A stretch of DNA of 53,735 bases, from positions 1-53,735 of IMG/VR virus record IMGVR_UViG_3300023223_000794; one strand, given 5' to 3'. The position numbers and the translations under genes are program-made. Of this stretch, positions 28,454 through 34,355 are shown one piece after another. Within the stretch, counting starts at the first letter, position 1, and each line of letters begins with the position of its first letter. The stretch comes from a virus (Duplodnaviria > Caudoviricetes). The notes beneath the pieces are model-generated. The model ran no database searches and had not been told where the DNA came from. It saw nothing but the letters and a program-made list of their open reading frames with translations.

Positions 28454-28567
28454 TTGAACCAGCCCAAATGAGTGATAAGTTCATTACCCGTGTAGGAATA
28501 TCTTGCTTTATCATAGCACATTATCCATTGGATTACTTGCGTGATGACGATGTATGAGCTGGTTCAA
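28454..28567 (-). ncRNA. Unclassified structured RNA (multibranch, possible pseudoknot)
   Basis: 13-bp closing stem UUGAACCAGCUCA/UGGGCUGGUUCAA; internal hairpins; loop UGAUAA complementary to downstream UUAUCA. Confidence 0.55.
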
Positions 28568-28570
28568 AAT

Positions 28571-28642
28571 TGGGGCGTCGGAGAGGACTCGAACCTCTAA
28601 TGTGGCTTTTAGGCCTAGTTTACCTGTTAACATACCGACTCC
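28571..28642 (-). tRNA. tRNA-like gene with truncated anticodon arm (identity undetermined)
   Basis: GGAGTCGG TA TGTT-AACAGGTA-AACT A GGC-CTAAAA-GCC ACATT AGAGG-TTCGAGT-CCTCT CCGACGC C CCA: canonical T arm and encoded CCA; anticodon arm only 3 bp plus a 6-nt loop. Confidence 0.75.
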
Positions 28643-28653
28643 ATTAAATTAAC

Positions 28654-28749
28654 GCCAAGGAACTGGGATTACACCAGTTAACGTAATCGATACGTTTCCA
28701 AGGTTGGAGCGCGGAAGATTGGGAGTTTTCCGTCTATTACGGACTTGGC
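28654..28749 (-). ncRNA. tRNA-like RNA with Gly(CCC)-type anticodon loop and two extra hairpins
   Basis: Closing stem GCCAAG/CTTGGC; arms CCGT-AATAG-ACGG, GAAAA-CTCCCAA-TCTTC, TCCA-ACCT-TGGA, AACGTA-TCGAT-TACGTT, AACTGG-TGTAATC-CCAGTT; no encoded CCA. Confidence 0.55.
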
Positions 28750-28760
28750 AAAAGTATAAA

Positions 28761-28838
28761 ACTCTCCAACTACCGACAAATGCATATGATCCTGGGCGGT
28801 ATGGACTCACGCAGGTGGTTTGAAGATAGTTGGAGAGT
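28761..28838 (-). ncRNA. Long irregular hairpin RNA
   Basis: Perfect 12-bp stem ACTCTCCAACTA/TAGTTGGAGAGT with further internal pairing, followed by a T-rich run on the minus strand. Confidence 0.45.
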
Positions 28839-28869
28839 AAAGTGTTCATGGTGGGTTAGATCGAAAATT

Positions 28870-29121
28870 TTAATTTTCTCCGCATGTGATTAGTTTAGCT
28901 CCAGCTACTATAGCAGCTTGGAATTCATCGCGAGTAACAAAGTCAACAAGGATATTACTGTCGCGATCATATATATAATCACCAAGTTCCTGATCAGTGT
29001 CTGAGGAATTTAAGTATATTCCATCAAATCGCGTTACGTCTTCATTGACTAAACGGAAGCGCACTATGTCATCCATGGATTCCCATATTATCGCTGTTTT
29101 TATTGTTTCTATATCAGGCAT
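28870..29121 (-). CDS. Hypothetical acidic protein
   Basis: 83-aa ORF on the locally coding strand. Confidence 0.6.
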   Translation of the reverse strand: MPDIETIKTAIIWESMDDIVRFRLVNEDVTRFDGIYLNSSDTDQELGDYIYDRDSNILVDFVTRDEFQAAIVAGAKLITCGEN

Positions 29122-29131
29122 AATTTATTAG

Positions 29132-29165
29132 AAGGTTAAAAGGTTAAAAGGTTAAAAGGTTAAAA
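29132..29165. repeat. Tandem repeat (AAGGTTAA)x4
   Basis: Read directly; intergenic, just upstream of the 29121 start codon. Confidence 0.9.
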
Positions 29166-29253
29166 CATCATTGGTGGGCCGGCATCTTCATCTACAGGAG
29201 GTTCTGATATTGCAGAAGATTCCATTGTAGTGCTACAACCGCTCCACGTAGTG

Positions 29254-29727
29254 CTAAGCACTAGCAAAACGCCAATTACGAATAATTTGTTCTCTGAGTT
29301 CTTCATTGTAGTGTGTTATTAGTCCATTCTGGGGTTCAAGGAAATACCATTCTTCGTTGTTACAGTAAGTCATGATAGTAACGTGTGCTCCAGGTCCGGG
29401 GATTCTGTTTAATGCTTCATCACGTTCGATGAATACCCAAGCTTCAATCATGGCGGGTGCAGTTTTCTTTACTAAGGTTTCGTTCTTACACAATGCTAAA
29501 GAGGCTTGCACTAATCCCCAGCGAGTAAAATCATCACAGTCGAAGGATTCATCTATAAATTCTCGTGGTGCTTCGTTTTTTAAGAACGATCCAAAATCGT
29601 CAAGCCATTCTAATGATGGCATGAAGTAGTTCTTGTCACGCATGGGAGCAACTTGGAGAAACCCGAGTTCTATTTCCATGAGTAGCTTGAGTCCTGAAGC
29701 TGTTATTGTTATTGGGTCGTCAGTCAT
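29254..29727 (-). CDS. Papain-like cysteine hydrolase (agglutinin C-terminal / MOA-related type)
   Basis: FDCDDF...GAHV...WYFLEPQNG gives a Cys-His-Glu triad; probable start MTDDP at 29727. Confidence 0.65.
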   Translation of the reverse strand: MTDDPITITASGLKLLMEIELGFLQVAPMRDKNYFMPSLEWLDDFGSFLKNEAPREFIDESFDCDDFTRWGLVQASLALCKNETLVKKTAPAMIEAWVFIERDEALNRIPGPGAHVTIMTYCNNEEWYFLEPQNGLITHYNEELREQIIRNWRFASA

Positions 29728-30415
29728 TAGTGGTTTCTGCGGTTTCTGCGTTTTCGTTTTCGTTTTCGTTTTCGTTAGTGGAGAATAATTCAAGCGCGCG
29801 CTTTAACTTTCCAAGGTCTTTAATGCCGGTCTCTAATTTATCTTCAATGATTCGATTGGCTATTTTCCAGTTTATGCCCAGATTTTTTACGAGACAATGT
29901 CGGAGTTCATCAAGGGTTTCTAGTTTCTCTAACCGTTTTTGTCGTTCCATGTCTGCCTGCTCTTTTACTTTCGTGCGGCGGTTAATTGACACTTTCCACT
30001 CAGTGATTCTCCAGAGTTGGAAATACTTATGGAGATGTTCAAGATCTTTTTCACAAGTGTGACAGGGTTCAAGATGGCAAATAGTTAGATTGTTCCGTTG
30101 AATGAGGATTGCATTAGCTACTATTTCATTAACTATCGCATATTCTTTAGTGTGAACTGCAAGATCAACGAAATAGGCAAGATCAATAACGATAGTAGGT
30201 TTATCGGGTTTTCTTGCAAGAGGTTCTAGAGGAGGTTTTACGGGTTCAATTCTTGAGTAACCTTGCTGCTCTTTAAACCATTTGAATAAATGACGTTTAC
30301 CTTTATGATCTTGCCATTCAGCGTGATTAATTTTTACCCAACCTCGTTGAGCATTAGCCAGTTCTACTAGATGGTCGTGGGTGCTTATTATAAGAGGTAT
30401 ATTAGGTTCTTTCAT
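29720..30415 (-). CDS. Hypothetical early protein with ENENEN/AETAET low-complexity tail
   Basis: 231-aa ORF; (GTTTTC)x4 and (GGTTTCTGC)x2 repeats at 29732-29773. Confidence 0.6.
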   Translation of the reverse strand: MKEPNIPLIISTHDHLVELANAQRGWVKINHAEWQDHKGKRHLFKWFKEQQGYSRIEPVKPPLEPLARKPDKPTIVIDLAYFVDLAVHTKEYAIVNEIVANAILIQRNNLTICHLEPCHTCEKDLEHLHKYFQLWRITEWKVSINRRTKVKEQADMERQKRLEKLETLDELRHCLVKNLGINWKIANRIIEDKLETGIKDLGKLKRALELFSTNENENENENAETAETTND

Positions 30416-30591
30416 CGGAGGGTTCTTTCTTGGATAACAAACCTAGGCGGACTACACGCTACTCAGGTTACTACATGTTATTGCATGCAGTCCGCCATGG
30501 TTTGGTATCTGTTACGCTGGATTCATATTTCGTCCGTCGCCTTTCTTTGTTAACTTATGTTTCTGTCGGTTCTAGAAGGAAGGTTCCCTGC

Positions 30592-31242
30592 TTAATCGTC
30601 TGTGGAGCGTTTCTTACGTTCGACAATTTTTGCTTTGATATCATCTTGTTCTCTGACCAGTTCCAAGATTTCTAGTTGCATTTTCTTTGCTTCTTCTGGT
30701 TTCCCTTGCTCAGAGTATTCTACAATTTTACTCCAATCCATATTAGTCATCCGCTCGACTACGCTTTCTAGCTGACTTTCCAAGTCCGTAATCGAGATCG
30801 GCTTGAATTGCATTTCCTCGAAGTCCTTGGTGAATTGTTCAATATCGAAGTGTTGATTCGGGTCATCGCCTTTGAGAAGCTCAATTCCCAGCATTGCCAA
30901 GCCTCCATTATAACCGTTCGCTAGGTTCTCCGCACAAGAGGTTACAAGCTTCCGTCGAACAACTTGATTAACTGCATGAGCTACGTTTGCACGTCCAAGC
31001 ACTTTAATCACATCGAGTAAGTTATCTTCATCGACTCGCACAGTAACAAACGGATGTTTCGTTCCACCGCCTTTCGTTTTTAGAAAACTGTCACATTCTA
31101 AGATTACATCCCCAAATGTCAGCGTTGGCGGAGTGAGTTTTTTTAGCTTCTTAAGTGGATCAATTTTTTTAGGATCATTTCCGCCTTCAGAGCTAACGCT
31201 AGTTCCAGCCGTGGATTCAGTAGGTTTATTTAATAGACTCAT
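30592..31242 (-). CDS. Hypothetical early protein with C-terminal coiled coil
   Basis: 216-aa ORF with an A-rich leader. Confidence 0.65.
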   Translation of the reverse strand: MSLLNKPTESTAGTSVSSEGGNDPKKIDPLKKLKKLTPPTLTFGDVILECDSFLKTKGGGTKHPFVTVRVDEDNLLDVIKVLGRANVAHAVNQVVRRKLVTSCAENLANGYNGGLAMLGIELLKGDDPNQHFDIEQFTKDFEEMQFKPISITDLESQLESVVERMTNMDWSKIVEYSEQGKPEEAKKMQLEILELVREQDDIKAKIVERKKRSTDD

Positions 31243-31291
31243 AACTTTGTTTCTTTATATTCTTTCTTTTCTTTTTTTTGTTTCTGGTAGA

Positions 31292-31549
31292 TTAACTTCC
31301 TGAAAATAGGAAGTTCTCTTTAGGAATTTCTTTCCCTTCGAGAGCATATTGCAGTTCTTCAAGTTTTTTCACAAGTGTTTCGTATTCTGCAATTTCTAAA
31401 TTCTTCTGGATCCACGCCAGCCGTATCAAACCTCTGCGATTTCGTTCTGCTGGCGTTGCTTTTACGTGTGCTTTAATTCGTGGAACACCGTAAGGATTCC
31501 CTCCAGCTTCGTGGATTCTAATCCCGCCTATTTTAACTTTCCTCGGCAT
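31292..31549 (-). CDS. Hypothetical basic protein
   Basis: 85-aa ORF in operon. Confidence 0.55.
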   Translation of the reverse strand: MPRKVKIGGIRIHEAGGNPYGVPRIKAHVKATPAERNRRGLIRLAWIQKNLEIAEYETLVKKLEELQYALEGKEIPKENFLFSGS

Positions 31550-31553
31550 GATG

Positions 31554-31949
31554 TTACTGTGCTATTGGCACGTAATTTTCTAGCAATTTTAATTGTTCAT
31601 CCCAAACTTCTATTTGTCCTTCGAGTTTCTTTCTTAATTCCACCGTGCAACTACTACAATCCTTTCTTGTTTTTCGAATCTCCCGTTTTAGTATATCTCC
31701 AAGCACAACTGCTACAATGTGTTCGAATGTTGACCCCGACGGGCTAACTGTTGGTTCCTTCGGATCTGCTTTTGCTCTTTCCACGCTTTCTTTTAACTCC
31801 TCTGCTGTTGTGGCTTCTAAAATCCGTTTATATAACACATCTAACATCATTTCTTCTTTTGTGTCTGGTAATACAAGTGGGCTAATAACAAAAGCCCGTA
31901 TTGCTACCTCAAGTATCGCTGCTTCGTTCGATGTTAGTGTAAGAGTCAT
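31554..31949 (-). CDS. Hypothetical early protein (start revised to 31949)
   Basis: The track start at 32027 overlaps a sigma54 promoter; the in-frame ATG at 31949 lies ~50 nt after the predicted transcription start. Confidence 0.55.
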   Translation of the reverse strand: MTLTLTSNEAAILEVAIRAFVISPLVLPDTKEEMMLDVLYKRILEATTAEELKESVERAKADPKEPTVSPSGSTFEHIVAVVLGDILKREIRKTRKDCSSCTVELRKKLEGQIEVWDEQLKLLENYVPIAQ

Positions 31950-32010
31950 ATCAAGTTCCGTTGTTCTGCGAGGTTCTGTGAGAGCCCTCGGCTCTGCTAC
32001 CCCTATAGAA

Positions 32011-32026
32011 AGCAAGTCTTGTGCCA
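32011..32026 (-). promoter_or_regulatory. Sigma54 (-24/-12) promoter
   Basis: Minus strand TGGCACAAGACTTGCT; exact spacing; faces the early genes. Confidence 0.8.
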
Positions 32027-32399
32027 TATCGCCCGCCCGCTTGCCTTTCTCCTTAAAGGCGCTCTTCTTGTTTTAGCACAATACCTGGTTTCTCTTTAAA
32101 TACTTTAACTCTTAAATTGCATAGTTTACGTAGTAGAAATTTTTAGTCTGGGGTACACCCCCTGGGACGTAAATTGTGCATTTAGTTTAACTCTTATTTA
32201 AAGTTTTTTCATGTTCTGTGTATTGTGCTAGGTCTTAGTAGCGTTAAAGTTGCTAAAAAAGAGTAAATAGAGCCTATTAGTTTAAATAGGAGTTAGTCAT
32301 ATTAGTGTAAAAGTTTAATTTCAATATAGACATATATTTACACTCCATAAACTCCACTAACTAACAGTTAAAGTATATTGGAGGAATCGTGGTTAAGTG

Positions 32400-32678
32400 C
32401 TAAGTCTTAAAGTTTAAATCACCGCGTACTGCATCCTCTATCAGCAAGAGGATATTTATAGTTTCACTTTCCGTAAAGGTGCAGTCTTTATGTCCCGGCC
32501 ATAGTAATGCAATCTTTTTGATCTTGGCTCGTAGTTCTATTTTAGTCTGTTCTGCACGTTTTGCTAAGTGCTCTAGTGCAGCTTTATTATATTTGTATTC
32601 CTGTAAGAGAAGTTCTTGTGCTGCAATGCGAGCCTCTAGATCTTCTATGTATTTCAACGCTTGTTCTAGGTCCATCAT
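32400..32678 (-). CDS. Hypothetical coiled-coil protein, first gene of the minus arm
   Basis: 92-aa ORF starting ~34 nt after a sigma54 promoter. Confidence 0.6.
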   Translation of the reverse strand: MMDLEQALKYIEDLEARIAAQELLLQEYKYNKAALEHLAKRAEQTKIELRAKIKKIALLWPGHKDCTFTESETINILLLIEDAVRGDLNFKT

Positions 32679-32711
32679 AGTGGTTCTTTCTTAGTGGTTA
32701 CCGTTACTAGT

Positions 32712-32727
32712 AGCAATTACCTTGCCA
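32712..32727 (-). promoter_or_regulatory. Sigma54 (-24/-12) promoter, leftward
   Basis: Minus strand TGGCAAGGTAATTGCT; intergenic, at the head of the minus arm. Confidence 0.75.
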
Positions 32728-32797
32728 ATTGCGCGTGGTCTGTTGTTTCTATTCCTTTAACGTTAAATTCCTTTACGTTTCCTTAGCGCCCGCGCCT

Positions 32798-32819
32798 ATG
32801 CGTCATCTTCCCCACGCAT
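32798..32819. promoter_or_regulatory. Candidate enhancer palindrome ATGCGT-N10-ACGCAT
   Basis: Perfect inverted repeat between the divergent sigma54 promoters; extra half-sites TGCGT 32821, GCGCAT 32833, ACGCAT 32858. Confidence 0.4.
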
Positions 32820-32974
32820 TTGCGTCATACTCGCGCATCCGTTGGGTGTATCCATCCACGCATACAGTTTAAGAATAGGGGGTGGGGGGCCAAGAATCCG
32901 ATTAGATCCAAGAACATAGCAACTCGTAAAATTTTAAAATCTGAAATCTGAAACTAAACTTAGAAATCTAAATA

Positions 32975-32990
32975 TGGCATAGAGAATGCT
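32975..32990 (+). promoter_or_regulatory. Sigma54 (-24/-12) promoter, rightward
   Basis: TGGCATAGAGAATGCT at the head of the late arm; shares TATGGCAT-N6-TGCTAT with the capsid promoter. Confidence 0.75.
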
Positions 32991-33003
32991 ATGAATATGG
33001 TAC

Positions 33004-33165
33004 ATGGAAGCTCGGGACGAGAAGGAAAAGAAAGGTGAAGCGGAAGCTAACGCGAGGAAAGCTTTAAGAAGTAGTGCAAGGGAAGCGCGGGAAGCGAAGA
33101 CTGAAGCTAGTGGAATGGAAAAATGGGGAAGGGAGTTAGAAGAAAAGGAGTTAGGAGACCCGTGA
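33004..33165 (+). CDS. Small charged protein (53 aa, not in ORF track)
   Basis: MEARDEKEKKGEAEANARK...; ATG lies close to the predicted transcription start; its TGA overlaps an in-frame GTG of the next gene. Confidence 0.4.
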   Translation: MEARDEKEKKGEAEANARKALRSSAREAREAKTEASGMEKWGRELEEKELGDP

Positions 33166-33395
33166 AACCTGTAGAGTGGATGGTAGGGGGAATGGTGCTG
33201 ACGGTGTGTGGAAGTATAGGAGCTACAGTGGGAGTACATTTGTGGCAAGGGACAGAGTTAAGTGAAGCAGGGGAGAAAATGTTTAGTGATACGCTACATG
33301 TAATGCTGGGAATGATTTCAACGTTTGTAGGGTTGAGATTAGCAGCAGAAGGGAAAGTTGAAAAGAAAATTGAAAAGACAAATGAGGAAACTTGA
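33123..33395 (+). CDS. Small two-TM membrane protein (possible holin)
   Basis: Two hydrophobic segments and a charged C-terminus; start may be GTG 33162. Confidence 0.5.
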   Translation: MGKGVRRKGVRRPVKPVEWMVGGMVLTVCGSIGATVGVHLWQGTELSEAGEKMFSDTLHVMLGMISTFVGLRLAAEGKVEKKIEKTNEET

Positions 33396-33753
33396 TGAAT
33401 GGTTTCCGGACGAGTTAGATTTACGATTTCGGGATATGGCGATGAAAAAGCGGCCGTTCATGCTACTCGCGAATTTTCGTTACGTAAGAAGTAACGGTGA
33501 AGTGATTACTGTTCCCAGCGGATACACAACGGATTTTGCAAGTATTCCACGAGTACTTCATGGAGTGTTTAATCCGATTGGACGTTATGGAAAAGCTGCA
33601 ATAGTACATGATTGGCTATGTGATACACGCAAACGGCCAAGCGTAGAAACACATAATATGTTTATAGAAGCTATGCACGCATTACGAGTAAAACGAAGAA
33701 CCATTTGGGCCTTAGGATTTGCGGTTCGTATATTTGGATCTCGATGGAAATAA
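33382..33753 (+). CDS. DUF1353 family protein
   Basis: ITVPSGYTTDFASIPR...KAAIVHDWLC...F.EAM...AVRIFG; start taken as ATG 33382. Confidence 0.85.
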   Translation: MRKLDEWFPDELDLRFRDMAMKKRPFMLLANFRYVRSNGEVITVPSGYTTDFASIPRVLHGVFNPIGRYGKAAIVHDWLCDTRKRPSVETHNMFIEAMHALRVKRRTIWALGFAVRIFGSRWK

Positions 33754-33760
33754 CTAAATA

Positions 33761-34240
33761 ATGAGCACGAAACTGGAAACTGAAGAGTCTCGCATAGGAA
33801 CTATGAATGCAGTGGAAACTGTAGTTTGTGAACGTTTCGAAACAGGCGATGATACACTCAAAGAAATTGCCGCAGACTTGTCTTTACCAGAAGTACAAGT
33901 TGTAGCGATTCTATCAAAGTTTTCTCCACAATTTCGTGATCACTTGCCGGTGGAAGGTGAAGGAAATGGAGAAGTTCTGATTCGGGATTCAGTAATTGTA
34001 GCAAACCAAGGTGAATTTGATAAACTACGAAACCATGCACATGATTTAGCAATATCTGCGGAGAGTGAGGCAGTTCAGTGGAGTGCGACAAGATATCTCT
34101 TAGATGAAGTAAAGGGCCGAAACGATCAGAAAGAAGATAACGGTAGAACTCAACTTAACGTACAGTTTCAAATAATTGCTGCAAGAAAAGAGAATACAGA
34201 AAAACTCATTAAACAGCAATTAGCAATAACAACAGGATAA
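33761..34240 (+). CDS. terS: Putative terminase small subunit
   Basis: N-terminal HTH (TLKEIAADLSLPEVQVVAIL), SEAVQWSATRYLLD helix; upstream of TerL. Confidence 0.6.
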   Translation: MSTKLETEESRIGTMNAVETVVCERFETGDDTLKEIAADLSLPEVQVVAILSKFSPQFRDHLPVEGEGNGEVLIRDSVIVANQGEFDKLRNHAHDLAISAESEAVQWSATRYLLDEVKGRNDQKEDNGRTQLNVQFQIIAARKENTEKLIKQQLAITTG

Positions 34241-34244
34241 AATT

Positions 34245-34355
34245 ATGGCATTTGATAATCATAAAAAACCAACTAAGCATAAAAAAACTTTTCATGAAGT
34301 AAGACCAAAAGAGAAAACATTTCACAAAACGAAAAAGAAGATGAAAACTAAATGA
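34245..34355 (+). CDS. 36-aa Lys/His-rich peptide (not in ORF track)
   Basis: MAFDNHKKPTKHKKTFHEVRPKEKTFHKTKKKMKTK; fills the terS-terL gap with an ATGA overlap into terL. Confidence 0.5.
   Translation: MAFDNHKKPTKHKKTFHEVRPKEKTFHKTKKKMKTK

Noticed and set aside
28454-28570. Theta/HDV-like ribozyme after the tRNA-like gene
   Set aside because: The element is closed by a long terminal stem and does not show the HDV nested double-pseudoknot layout starting at the tRNA 3' end.
28606-28613. CUA in the tRNA-like loop as an amber suppressor implying stop-codon recoding
   Set aside because: Loop geometry is non-canonical, genes are full length in the standard code, and TAG ends several well-packed genes (e.g. 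11624, 47036).
28649-28849. 66-aa ORF over the RNA cluster
   Set aside because: No protein features; the dense base-pairing explains the sequence better.
31566-31581. TGGCACGTAATTTTCT as a sigma54 promoter
   Set aside because: The -12 element is TTTC (no GC) and the site is antisense inside a gene.
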